Below, piece by piece: positions 48,583 through 57,739 of a DNA stretch of 59,473 bases (within the stretch, counting starts at the first letter, position 1; every line of letters starts with the position of its first letter). A program made the translations under genes and the position numbers. Under the pieces are notes generated by a model. It saw nothing but the letters and a program-made list of their open reading frames with translations, did not search any database and had not been told where the DNA came from. Source of the DNA: Candidatus Woesearchaeota archaeon (GTDB lineage: Archaea; Nanobdellota; Nanobdellia; Woesearchaeales; UBA525); assembly GCA_014874255.1 (NCBI GenBank), contig JACWAN010000086.1, forward strand, positions 1-59,473, in the 5' to 3' direction.

Positions 48583-49839
48583 CTACTTCCTGAACGGCGT
48601 CGAGACAGATGGCATACTATGGTCAAACACCGACGTGGTAGACCAACTCTCCTTGGAAGGGTTGTTTGTTGTCTGATTGAGTGTGTCCCAGTGAGGCGGG
48701 CAACTCATATCAATCTTGTCCAGGCCTTGGCAGTTGTACTCTGGTTTGTGTGTGTCGACGTAGCCAGGCAAGGCCTGCGTCCTGTAGAGATTGCGCATCG
48801 CCTGGATGTCTGAAGGATTCAGGTGTATCTCCGCAATCCCCCCATTATTGACAAAAAGGATGTATGACGTCGTGTTTATCTCGACAGGGTCATGGATATT
48901 AGTAATCTCTCCATTTGATTGGTCTCCATCGACATAGCTGAGCAGCCAGGCTTCCATCTGATCGACAGTTGTGCCGTTCGTGTTGTCGGGTGATCTCACA
49001 AGGATGGTCGAGATGTCCTGTAAATCTTGACTCTCGTTTAAGATGCCGTACGCCTCTGTGACTCTCCCGTAGAAGTTACCCGTCGGGAACCAGAAGTTGC
49101 AGAAGTCATAGACGGTGGGTTCTGTCGTGCTGAAGTTCTGCATCGTTCTGAGTCTCGTGTCGCCGCTGACGGGGCTGGTGTAGAGGAGGAGGCCGCCGGC
49201 CTTGCTCTGGTCGCTGACTTGCGGTATGAGCGTGTCTGTGCTTCCCGGGGGGAAACCGAGTTGGTAAGTGGAGCCGACTTTACCTGAGGTGACAATTCCG
49301 GGAGGAACATATTCGGTCGGTGCCGGAGTCGGTCCTGTCCCGTCTGGTCCGTAGGCTTGGTGGTTGAGGGTGTTGTTGCTGCTGCTGTCGCCGGAGAGGA
49401 CGATCTCTCGTTCCCATTGCATCCCGTTCGCGAGGATTCCTGCTTCTGGTTGTTCGTTGTTTTTCGCGTTTGCGGGGAGGACGGGGATGTTCATGCCGCT
49501 GCCGTCCGTGTTTTGGATGCTGGCGGTGAGGACTGCGTCGTCGCCGGTGCTCGTCACGTACGCGCTTCCTTCCTGGGTGAGCGGGTTGGCGAGCGTGCCG
49601 CTCTGTCCGGGGGTGAGCGTCACGGTTTCGGGCGTGCCGTTGCGGGGGTCTTGGCCCATGGGGGCGTACGTCGCCGTGATGGTGATCGTCTGCGGGGAGG
49701 CGTTCAGCGCCGTGACTTTCGCGTTCTGGTTCAGGTACGGGATGATCTGGCTGCCCATCGCTCCGAGGCTGAGGGCGGCGCTGATCATCGTCACGCCGAG
49801 GCGTCTTTTCGTCGAGGAGAGGAGTTGTTCGAGGGTCAT
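48583..49839 (-). CDS. Secreted hypothetical protein
   Basis: N-terminal signal-like segment, Thr/Asn/Pro-rich beta-type sequence. Confidence 0.75.
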   Translation of the reverse strand: MTLEQLLSSTKRRLGVTMISAALSLGAMGSQIIPYLNQNAKVTALNASPQTITITATYAPMGQDPRNGTPETVTLTPGQSGTLANPLTQEGSAYVTSTGDDAVLTASIQNTDGSGMNIPVLPANAKNNEQPEAGILANGMQWEREIVLSGDSSSNNTLNHQAYGPDGTGPTPAPTEYVPPGIVTSGKVGSTYQLGFPPGSTDTLIPQVSDQSKAGGLLLYTSPVSGDTRLRTMQNFSTTEPTVYDFCNFWFPTGNFYGRVTEAYGILNESQDLQDISTILVRSPDNTNGTTVDQMEAWLLSYVDGDQSNGEITNIHDPVEINTTSYILFVNNGGIAEIHLNPSDIQAMRNLYRTQALPGYVDTHKPEYNCQGLDKIDMSCPPHWDTLNQTTNNPSKESWSTTSVFDHSMPSVSTPFRK

Positions 49840-49845
49840 GTTTTC

Positions 49846-50952
49846 TCACCAGTTCGGTTTTTGTTTCGTCCAGGCGGCGTTCGGCCGCGCGGAGAGGAGT
49901 GGGGCGTTGGTGCCGTAGTACTGCGTCCAATGCTCGCCGACGAAGGGCGCCAGCGCCTCTTGGACGAAGCCGTACGGGTTCGGGACGCTGGCCGTAATCC
50001 TCATCATGCCGTTCACCTTCTTCGCGTTCAGTCCGGAGACGTCCGTGGCCCGCGTCACGAAGAGGTAGAGGGCGCCGTTCGCGACCTTGAGGGGCGCGCC
50101 TCCTGCGAAGCTGCCGTCGGACGGGTCGGAGTTCTCCCAGTGCAGCAGCACGAGCTTCATCGTGGCGGCGTCGCCGAACTTCTGCTTGAAGAGCGGATCC
50201 TGGAGGAGGTACGCGCTGAGCGCGTCCGTGATGCCCGTCGTCTCCGCGGGCGAGAGCTTGATCGGCTTCGAGGCGGGCTTCATCCATTTCGTGACGCAGT
50301 AATAGCCGAGCATCGGCGTCGCGCGCGGCGCCATGTCGACGTACTGTTCATCGCCCATGCTGTTCTGCGCCATGAGGACGCCGCGGCCGCTCCCTTGGAG
50401 GAACTGGATGCCGATCCCTGCGCCGTCAGGCAGGCTGCCGAGCACCGTCTGCGGATCGAGGACGGTGCCGTCCGGATAGACGCCGATGGCGACGTTGATG
50501 AGACGCCCGTCCGGTTGCGTCGCGTAGATCGCCGCGGTCACGGTCGCGCCGCCGGCCTCGATGCCGAGCTTCGCGCCCGTCGGGAGCTGACCGTAGACAT
50601 CCTCGGTGTTCGCGAGGTCCTCCAGCGTGTAGATCGGCGGCGAGGCGATGAAGCCGTTCACCCCGGTCTCCACATCGACCACCGGGTCAGGGTACTTGTT
50701 CCCCATGCTGTCCGTGCCGGGGACGATCCGTATCTGGGTGGCCTGCTCCGGGAACTCGAACACCTGATGCGGGCCGATGGTGTACTGCTGGCCGTTGATC
50801 GTGCCGTCGACCGCGACCGCGGACGGGTTGTAGATCCTCGCTTCCGACGGATTGCCCGTCGTCGGGACGATGATGTCCGCGTTCGCCGGCGTTCCGATGA
50901 GCGTCGCGCCTGCGACCATCGCGCCTGCGAGGATCTTTTCGAGTGTGTTCAT
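49846..50952 (-). CDS. Secreted hypothetical protein
   Basis: Signal peptide ending PANA-D; BRE-TATA GAAACATTTATATA upstream (about 50995-51008, minus). Confidence 0.75.
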   Translation of the reverse strand: MNTLEKILAGAMVAGATLIGTPANADIIVPTTGNPSEARIYNPSAVAVDGTINGQQYTIGPHQVFEFPEQATQIRIVPGTDSMGNKYPDPVVDVETGVNGFIASPPIYTLEDLANTEDVYGQLPTGAKLGIEAGGATVTAAIYATQPDGRLINVAIGVYPDGTVLDPQTVLGSLPDGAGIGIQFLQGSGRGVLMAQNSMGDEQYVDMAPRATPMLGYYCVTKWMKPASKPIKLSPAETTGITDALSAYLLQDPLFKQKFGDAATMKLVLLHWENSDPSDGSFAGGAPLKVANGALYLFVTRATDVSGLNAKKVNGMMRITASVPNPYGFVQEALAPFVGEHWTQYYGTNAPLLSARPNAAWTKQKPNW

Positions 50953-51130
50953 TCGGTTCTCACCTGTGTCGCACCAGTATTACATCCTTTCTCATATATA
51001 AATGTTTCGGTTGGAGACTACTGTTGAGTGACAAAATAATGAATTTTTCTGGCGGCATGCACGAAAAGAGCTGCTTGGAGGGACACATCAAGCAAAAGTA
51101 TCCCTCCGGAGAGGGAAACTTTATAAGTAC

Positions 51131-51148
51131 TGTTCTATTTTCAGAACA
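51131..51148. promoter_or_regulatory. Palindromic operator of the second MNT-HEPN operon
   Basis: TGTTCT-N6-AGAACA between TATA (TTTATAA at about 51120) and ATG 51150. Confidence 0.6.
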
Positions 51149-51149
51149 T

Positions 51150-51686
51150 ATGTTCCAAAAAAAGAACGATTTGTTCGTCGTCGAGCTCCTCGGCGCGGAG
51201 CCGATGCACCTCCGCCGAATCGCGGCAGCGACGGGGATCGCGCCGAGCACCGCGCTCCGCCTGCTGACGAAGCTCCAGGCGGACGGCGTCGTCGACCGCC
51301 GCGAGGAAGGACGGAACGCGGTCTACTTCCTCAAGAGCACGCCCGAAGCGACAATCCACAGTCTCATGGCAGAACACCAGAAGCTCCTGCGCCTCCTCGA
51401 GGAGTCTGAACTGCGGCGCATCTACGCAGAGATCACGCGGGAAACCGACGGCGAACTCGTCATCCTCTTCGGCAGCCACGCGAACGGCACAGCAAACGAG
51501 GGAAGCGACATCGACCTCTACGTCGAGACGACCGATCCGAAGAAGGAGCGAGCGATCGAGCTGATCAGCGACCGGATCCACCTCACGATCGGCTCGCTCC
51601 GGAAGGACTCCGACTTTTTCAAGGAAATCGTTAAGAACCATGTCATCCTGCAGAACGCCGAACGGTTCTTCAGGCTGATCGCATGA
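51150..51686 (+). CDS. wHTH + MNT antitoxin
   Basis: HLRRIAAATGIAPSTALR HTH; VILFGSHANG...SDIDLYV. Confidence 0.88.
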   Translation: MFQKKNDLFVVELLGAEPMHLRRIAAATGIAPSTALRLLTKLQADGVVDRREEGRNAVYFLKSTPEATIHSLMAEHQKLLRLLEESELRRIYAEITRETDGELVILFGSHANGTANEGSDIDLYVETTDPKKERAIELISDRIHLTIGSLRKDSDFFKEIVKNHVILQNAERFFRLIA

Positions 51687-52150
51687 ACATATTCCTCAAG
51701 AAGCTCGTCGCGGAAAGGAAGGTCGTCCTCGTCGGGCAGAACGGGAACCTCGCGCACGCGTACGCGGAGAAGTCGCGGAACTCGCTGAAGGCCGCGAAGA
51801 TCCTCCGTCGGGAAGAGCTTCCTGAAGAGGCGACGACGATGGCGTACTACGCGATGTATCACCAGGCGCTGGCGCTCCTCTTCTCCACCGGCATCAAATC
51901 GGAGAACCACGCAGCGACGGCCATCCTGCTCGCAGAGCTCTTCGTCGTCGACGGCGACGCGCTCGCCGCCGCGAGAAGGACGCGCGTCAAGACGCAGTAT
52001 TACGCCGACGCGGAGATGACGCGGGCGAAAGCCGAGACGCTCATCAGGGAAGCGGAGACCTTCACTACAGGGATCCGCGACAGGATTGACCGGCTCACCA
52101 CTACAGAAAAAGCACACATCCGGGCGGAGTTCTCTCGCGAGTACCTCTGA
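51683..52150 (+). CDS. HEPN domain protein
   Basis: AYYAMYH.A.ALL...GIKSENH; R...QYY; overlaps the MNT stop. Confidence 0.85.
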   Translation: MNIFLKKLVAERKVVLVGQNGNLAHAYAEKSRNSLKAAKILRREELPEEATTMAYYAMYHQALALLFSTGIKSENHAATAILLAELFVVDGDALAAARRTRVKTQYYADAEMTRAKAETLIREAETFTTGIRDRIDRLTTTEKAHIRAEFSREYL

Positions 52151-52312
52151 CAGGCTCCGCCTCCCAAGACATTTTCCGACGGGGCCGGACCACGGACGGC
52201 AGTACCGGATCACTGCCGGAAAACGCCCGCAAAGCCATATATTGGCTGTCCGCTCACCAGCACGCAGGTGTCAGCGGAAACCATATAAACTACAACGCAT
52301 TTTAGAATTAAA

Positions 52313-52588
52313 ATGAAAGGGAGCGACGTGCTGATGATGACGACGATGTCGAAGAACGGCCAGATCGTCATCCCGATCGAGCTGCGGAAAGCGCTGAAGC
52401 TCGAACCAGCGACCCAGTTCTTCGTCTTCGAGGAAGACGGCGGACTCGTCCTGAGACGCGTCTCGAAGAAGCTCCTCGACGACATCCGCGCGGGCGAAGA
52501 GGATATCAAGCAGGGCAGGTCACTTACCCTTGACACCGACATGAGCGTGAAAGAGATGGATGAACGCCTACGTCGGTGGAAGCCGTGA
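52313..52588 (+). CDS. AbrB/MazE-type antitoxin
   Basis: TMSKNGQIVIPIELRK.L; start may be 52334. Confidence 0.85.
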   Translation: MKGSDVLMMTTMSKNGQIVIPIELRKALKLEPATQFFVFEEDGGLVLRRVSKKLLDDIRAGEEDIKQGRSLTLDTDMSVKEMDERLRRWKP

Positions 52589-52830
52589 AGATAACATTCT
52601 CGAAGCGATTCTGGAAAGCGTACACTCGGCTCAAGGATGATGCACTCAGAGAACGGATCCAGAAACAACTCCGGAAAGCGCTCGAAAACCCCGAGATAGG
52701 CAAGCCGCTGTCGTACAGCCTCAAAGGACTGCGGACGCTCCGGGTCGATCCGTATCGGATCATCTATGCGGTAGAAGGGGAGACCCTTGAGGTTATCGCG
52801 CTCGGCAACCGGGACGACGTCTACGAATAG
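52576..52830 (+). CDS. RelE/ParE family toxin
   Basis: FSKRF.K, NPEIGKPL...LKG.R.LRV..YRIIY, GNRDDVY. Confidence 0.88.
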   Translation: MEAVKITFSKRFWKAYTRLKDDALRERIQKQLRKALENPEIGKPLSYSLKGLRTLRVDPYRIIYAVEGETLEVIALGNRDDVYE

Positions 52831-52861
52831 CTTTTTATACGCGCCGCCGTTCCACCGGCAG

Positions 52862-55399
52862 ATGGGAGAGGAGACCGCAATCTGGACGGAGAAATACCGG
52901 CCGAAGAAGTTCTCAGAGGTGCTCGGCCAGCAGGAGATCGTCGAGAAAGTCGAAGCGTTCGTCAAGCAAGGCAACATGCCTCACCTGCTCTTCGCCGGAC
53001 CCGCGGGCATCGGAAAAACAACCCTCTCCCTGGTCATCGCCCGCCAATTATACGGGGATGAATGGCGCGGTAATTTTCTTGAGCTCAACGCGTCCGACGA
53101 ACGCGGCATCGACGTGGTGCGCGTCAAGGTGAAGGACTTCGCGAGGACGCGCGCGATCGGCGACGTCCCCTTCAAGATCATCTACCTGGACGAGTGCTTC
53201 GGCTACGACGCAAAGGTCACCATCCGCACCGAGCACGGCGTCGAAGAACGGCGGATCGGCGACGTCGTCGAGAACGTCGACGCCGCGGACGTCCTCTCCG
53301 TGGACGAATCCGGGCGGCTCGCCTTCACGCCCATCAACGGGTTCCTCAAGCTCCCCCACAAGGCCGAGCAAGGGTTCTACCGCGTCACGCTCAACGGCCG
53401 CAGCATCGAAGCGACCGGAAACCACCTGCTCCTCACCCCCGACGGCTGGAAGCGGGTCGATGCATTGACGAACGGCGAACGGATCCTCTGCCCGCCCGAA
53501 ACCCCGCCTGTCGGAAAAGAAGAGCCGCTCCGCCCGGTCCAGTATGTCCTGACCGGCCTCCCTCAGGAGATCAAGGCGAAAGAACGGTACATCGCCCGCT
53601 CGCCCGAGAAGAAGGTCGTCGAGCTCCTCGCCACCCACCCGGAAGGGCTGACACGGCGTGACCTCACCGCGCTGAGCGGCATCGCCTCGCCGAAGCTCTC
53701 AAGTATCCTCTCGCCGAGGAAGAACGAGTACTACCTCTCACTCCCCCATCACGGCCTCGTCCGGAACGACAACGGGCGGTTCACCCTCGTCGGGGAGAAG
53801 AACGCGGCGATCGACCGCCTCTGCCGCATCAAGCGCGCGCAGAATCCGCGGAACCAAGGATATATCGAGGGAGCCCTCTCTGAGAAAGGGCTTTATCCTT
53901 TGCAGCCAGAGAAGGCGCTCATCGTCGCGCGGATCGCCGGCCATCTCTTCGGCGACGGCTCCCTCAGCCTCAAGACACGCTCACTCTTCTTCTCCGGCAA
54001 GGAAGAGGACATGCGTCGCATCAAGGAGGATATCGCCACCCTGGGTTTTTCGAGCCTCGGCAACATCCGCGAGACCCGCTGGCGGAACGGTCGCTGCTGG
54101 TCCTTCACTGAGTCGAAGATCGCGCTCCTCAGCGCCTTCTACTCCCTCGGCGTCCCTGTCGGGAAGAAGACCGACACCTTCGTCCGCGTGCCCGGATGGG
54201 TGCTCCGCGGCGATGCTGTCGTCAAGCGGGAGTTCCTCGCCGCGCTCTTCGGAGCGGAAGGATCAACCCCTTCCTTCCAAGGACGGACGATCAAGCCCGT
54301 CGTGGTCGCGCAGGCAAAACGCCGCGACCTCGAGGAGAACCTGCGCGAATACCTAGAACAGCTCCGCCTGCTCCTCGAGGGCTTTGGCATAGCAGTCGAG
54401 ACGAAGATGACGAGACGTACCAAGAACATCCGGACCGACGGCACAGAGACAATCGAGGGCATGATATGGGTGAAGAACAGCCGCGCCAACATCATCCGGT
54501 TCCTCGAACGGATCGGCTACCGCTACGCGGCCGAGAAGGAGACGGAGGCGGCACGCGTCCTCCGCTATCTCCGCTGGAAAGAGGCGCTCGGCCGCGACGT
54601 CTATCGCTTCCACGCGCCGCATTACGCCGTCTGGAAGGAGCAGTATCTGGTCGGAGATTCAGCGTTCCATTATGTCACCGGTCTCGAGAAGATTGACGAT
54701 CCGGCAGCGGTCTATTGCCTGCAGACCGCGAACCAGCGATTCATCGCCGACGATGTCGTCGTCCACAATTGTGATGCCCTGACGAAAGAGGCGCAGCAAG
54801 CGCTCAGGCGCACGATGGAGAACTACACGCAGACCTGTCGTTTCATCCTCAGCTGCAACTACAGCTCGAAAATCATCGATCCCATCCAAAGTAGATGTAC
54901 GGTTTTCAGATTCAAACCATTGGCGAAGGAAGAGATCTTCAAGATCATCAAGCACGTCGCCAAGTCAGAATCCTTGACGATCGACGCGAAAGGCGAGGAA
55001 GCGCTCTTCACCGTGAGCAACGGCGACGTCAGGAGAGTAGAAAACCTGCTGCAGGCGTGCGCCGCCCTCAGCAAGAAAGTGACGGAGGACGTCGTCTACA
55101 GCATCGCCTCCTACGCGAAACCGAAAGAGATCGCTTCTCTTCTCGAACTGGCGAAGAAGGCGGACTTTGCAGGCGCGAAGAAACAGCTCCTTACGGTCCA
55201 GCTCGAGTACGGCTTATCCGGAGCGGACATCATCAAGCAATTGCAGGCAGCGGTCTGGCAGCTGAAGGACGTCGACGACAGAAAAAAACTGGAGATGATC
55301 AAGCAGTGCGGCGAAGCAGAGTTCCGCATGGTCGAAGGCAGCGACGAATTCCTCCAGCTGGAAGCGCTCTTAGCCGCGTTCACGCTCAGTTTGCAGTGA
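52862..55399 (+). CDS. rfcS: Replication factor C small subunit, intein-containing
   Basis: WTEKYRP, PHLLFAGPAGIGKT, ELNASDERGID, LDE|CD, SRC motif. Confidence 0.95.
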   Translation: MGEETAIWTEKYRPKKFSEVLGQQEIVEKVEAFVKQGNMPHLLFAGPAGIGKTTLSLVIARQLYGDEWRGNFLELNASDERGIDVVRVKVKDFARTRAIGDVPFKIIYLDECFGYDAKVTIRTEHGVEERRIGDVVENVDAADVLSVDESGRLAFTPINGFLKLPHKAEQGFYRVTLNGRSIEATGNHLLLTPDGWKRVDALTNGERILCPPETPPVGKEEPLRPVQYVLTGLPQEIKAKERYIARSPEKKVVELLATHPEGLTRRDLTALSGIASPKLSSILSPRKNEYYLSLPHHGLVRNDNGRFTLVGEKNAAIDRLCRIKRAQNPRNQGYIEGALSEKGLYPLQPEKALIVARIAGHLFGDGSLSLKTRSLFFSGKEEDMRRIKEDIATLGFSSLGNIRETRWRNGRCWSFTESKIALLSAFYSLGVPVGKKTDTFVRVPGWVLRGDAVVKREFLAALFGAEGSTPSFQGRTIKPVVVAQAKRRDLEENLREYLEQLRLLLEGFGIAVETKMTRRTKNIRTDGTETIEGMIWVKNSRANIIRFLERIGYRYAAEKETEAARVLRYLRWKEALGRDVYRFHAPHYAVWKEQYLVGDSAFHYVTGLEKIDDPAAVYCLQTANQRFIADDVVVHNCDALTKEAQQALRRTMENYTQTCRFILSCNYSSKIIDPIQSRCTVFRFKPLAKEEIFKIIKHVAKSESLTIDAKGEEALFTVSNGDVRRVENLLQACAALSKKVTEDVVYSIASYAKPKEIASLLELAKKADFAGAKKQLLTVQLEYGLSGADIIKQLQAAVWQLKDVDDRKKLEMIKQCGEAEFRMVEGSDEFLQLEALLAAFTLSLQ
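53195..54769 (+). mobile_element. Intein (525 aa) with LAGLIDADG homing endonuclease at the RFC Walker B motif
   Basis: N-terminal Cys (CFGYD), block B ATGNH, GHLFGDGS and AALFGAEG, C-terminal VVHN followed by Cys. Confidence 0.93.
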
Positions 55400-56344
55400 T
55401 CAGAGATACTCGATGTAGACTTGGAAGAACTTCTCGAAGCTCTGCTCCAGTTTGGCGAGGAGGAAGCGGTGCAGCTTCGCCTGATAGCCTTTGTCGTGGG
55501 CCTCCAACGCCGAGAGATAGGCGATGCGCGCGCTCTTCCTGATGATCAGGGGCGGGTAGCCTTCTTTCAGGAGGATCGCGTTGAGGAGGATGCGTCCGAC
55601 GCGTCCGTTACCGTCTTCGAAGGGGTGGATGCGCTCGAAGCGGGCGTGGAAATCGGCCGCCTTCTTGAGCGGGTGCTCTTCGCTCTCCTCCAGCCAGCGG
55701 AGCAGCTCGTGCAGCTCTTCCTGCACCCGCTCCGGTCTCGCTGTCTGCACATCACGCATCACGAGGAAGTTGGGCGCCCGCTTGAAACCGGTCGCCACAC
55801 CCGTCCCCTCGACGACGATGCGGTGCAGCTTGCGGATCGAGGGGATCGTCAGCTTCACCTTGTTCGCGAAGAGGAGGTCGTTCGCGGCTCGCGTGTTGCG
55901 CGTCTCGTAGACCTCGCGCAGCTCCTTGTTCGACGGCAGCCGCTCCTCGGTGAGGATCAGGGTCACGTCCTTCAGCGTGAGCGAGTTGCCCTCGAGGGCG
56001 TTCGACTCGTACGTGAAGTTGATGCTGAACCGGTCGATCAGGTCGCGCCGCTGCACCGGCGAGAGACGCCGCTTGATGCGCTTGTATTCGACGCGGTAGC
56101 GTTCCAGCTTGCGCAGCTTCTCCTCGGTGAGGACCGCGTCGCGTCTGTAGCGCGCCAACGCCTCTTTCTGGTGGGCGGCCACTTCCTGCTCGTCGAGGGC
56201 ACGTTGCACCGTTTCGTTCTCCGCGTCCTTCGCCTCCTTGATTAGCTTGGCCGCCTTCGCCACCTTCCCGCTCGGCAAGCGGAAGGAGCGTTCCGCGTAG
56301 AGATAGGTGTGCCCTTTCACCCGCTTCTTCGCTGTGCGCGTCAT
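55400..56344 (-). CDS. Fic family protein
   Basis: SNALEGN motif; HPFEDGNGRVGR catalytic motif. Confidence 0.93.
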   Translation of the reverse strand: MTRTAKKRVKGHTYLYAERSFRLPSGKVAKAAKLIKEAKDAENETVQRALDEQEVAAHQKEALARYRRDAVLTEEKLRKLERYRVEYKRIKRRLSPVQRRDLIDRFSINFTYESNALEGNSLTLKDVTLILTEERLPSNKELREVYETRNTRAANDLLFANKVKLTIPSIRKLHRIVVEGTGVATGFKRAPNFLVMRDVQTARPERVQEELHELLRWLEESEEHPLKKAADFHARFERIHPFEDGNGRVGRILLNAILLKEGYPPLIIRKSARIAYLSALEAHDKGYQAKLHRFLLAKLEQSFEKFFQVYIEYL

Positions 56345-56352
56345 ACAGAGCG

Positions 56353-56397
56353 GTTATACCTACAGATTTATATATTTAATCTTTTTGTAGGTATAAC
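56353..56397. promoter_or_regulatory. Fic promoter with 12-bp inverted repeat around the TATA box
   Basis: GTTATACCTACA ... TGTAGGTATAAC flanking TTTATATATTTAA. Confidence 0.65.
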
Positions 56398-56428
56398 TTC
56401 CGGAATCGACGGAGAAACGACGAAGACC

Positions 56429-56457
56429 CCGCGTTCACGCTCAGCCTGCAGAAGTGA
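56429..56457 (+). repeat. Displaced copy of the rfcS 3' end (att-like), synonymously recoded
   Basis: CC GCG TTC ACG CTC AGC CTG CAG AAG TGA versus gene CC GCG TTC ACG CTC AGT TTG CAG TGA (55374-55399). Confidence 0.85.
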
Positions 56458-56458
56458 C

Positions 56459-56860
56459 CTACTTGTGGAGTCCCCTCTTCGCTATCGCTTCCAGCGTCGG
56501 AGAGGGCGAGCATTTCTCGAGGAAAAAACCTCCTTCGAACGGTCGACCTTCCTCTTCGAAAGCGAAGCGTCCCTTGAAGAGGTCTCCATCTTTCTGTCCC
56601 GCGTAGAGGATTTCTGCTCTCGCCGCGCTTCCGGTCGGATTGGAGTACCATTTCGTGAACACGATCCGCGAAGAGGATATTGTCCCTCGGAACTCTCCCT
56701 TCCCGTACTTATCATTGATGGAGCCACTGATGTTCATAAAATCTCCCGGGAGACTCGATTGTTCTTCGATGAAGAGGAAGAACGGCGATTCTTCGACAAT
56801 TCCGACATCTTTGTATGTCTGGGTCCAAACACCCATATAGTCTGGTTGTGGGTAGGCCAT
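56459..56860 (-). CDS. Hypothetical protein (beta-rich, lower GC)
   Basis: G.I.DKYG..EF.G, I.F.K.Y, Y.G...G.F pattern; TATA TTTATAAA upstream on the minus strand. Confidence 0.65.
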   Translation of the reverse strand: MAYPQPDYMGVWTQTYKDVGIVEESPFFLFIEEQSSLPGDFMNISGSINDKYGKGEFRGTISSSRIVFTKWYSNPTGSAARAEILYAGQKDGDLFKGRFAFEEEGRPFEGGFFLEKCSPSPTLEAIAKRGLHK

Positions 56861-56981
56861 TCATTCTGGATGGTGACCGAGGTTTATAAAATTATCTCCT
56901 GGAGAATGGAGACTCTTTTCTCGTCGGTAGTAGATTCTAGAAACGGAAAACGTTTGGAAAAGGGGTTTATCGTTCGAGCGT

Positions 56982-57371
56982 TCAGTGGAGGAACTGGTAC
57001 TTGTACCGCATCCACGATTCGCTGCCGTAGCTCCCGTACGGGTAGCCGTAGTACGGCTGGTACAGGTTCGCCACGCGCGCGACGCCGTAGTCCGGATAGA
57101 CCGGGTCACGGATGTTGTAGATGTTGTAGTCCGCGCCGTACCGGGTGAGGCCGAGCGGGGGGCTGATGTAGTTGTACATGCCCTGATCAACGGGGAACTG
57201 CGCGGTGTACGCGCCGATCCGCGGCTGGCCGTAGCCGACGTATTGCGCGTTCGGGTACGCGGTGCCGCCGCAATAGCTGCTGCCGCAGTACGCGAGCGTC
57301 GACGGCAGGAGCAGGATCGCCGCGAGGACGACCATGAGTATGGCCTTCTGCAGGTTCTTGAACATCTTCAT
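56982..57371 (-). CDS. Small secreted Tyr/Gly-rich protein
   Basis: Signal peptide then YG-rich sequence; BRE-TATA GAAACATTTATA upstream (about 57415-57426). Confidence 0.65.
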   Translation of the reverse strand: MKMFKNLQKAILMVVLAAILLLPSTLAYCGSSYCGGTAYPNAQYVGYGQPRIGAYTAQFPVDQGMYNYISPPLGLTRYGADYNIYNIRDPVYPDYGVARVANLYQPYYGYPYGSYGSESWMRYKYQFLH

Positions 57372-57504
57372 GTATATCGACCTCTTTGTTGTCACCGTGT
57401 AGTACTCTTAATTATATAAATGTTTCGTTTTTTGCTTTTAGTAAGTGGTAACAATTGAGGAGAGTTTTTTATTTTTCTATATTGATAATTATTCTTTTCA
57501 CGAC

Positions 57505-57677
57505 GGGCGCCGCGGAGATTTTGTTCTCCCGCACGGAACGTGTTCCGCGTTCCGGCGCCCCGGCAGCCTCTGGCTGCCGTTGGCTCCGGTCCGAGATATT
57601 ATCGGGCGCTCACGTAGATGGCCTCGCAAAAACGCGAGCCCATGTTCGCGCCCGGACATCGCTCCAAGGCGGCGCCC
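57505..57677. repeat. Structured intergenic element family A, copy 6
   Basis: Outer stem GGGCGCCGC/GCGGCGCCC, GGAG/CTCC, AAG bulge, CTCCGGTCCGAG, CGGGCGCTCAC...CATGTTCGCGCCCG. Confidence 0.8.
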
Positions 57678-57739
57678 TGCCTCTCGACGGACGTATTAAT
57701 TATTTCTATACAGAAAACAATTCTCGCATAAAAAAAGCC

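Noticed and set aside
52190..52210. GGACGGCAGTACCGG resembling the rfcS 5' region GGACGGAGAAATACCGG
   Set aside because: Short, gapped and out of frame; not distinguishable from chance
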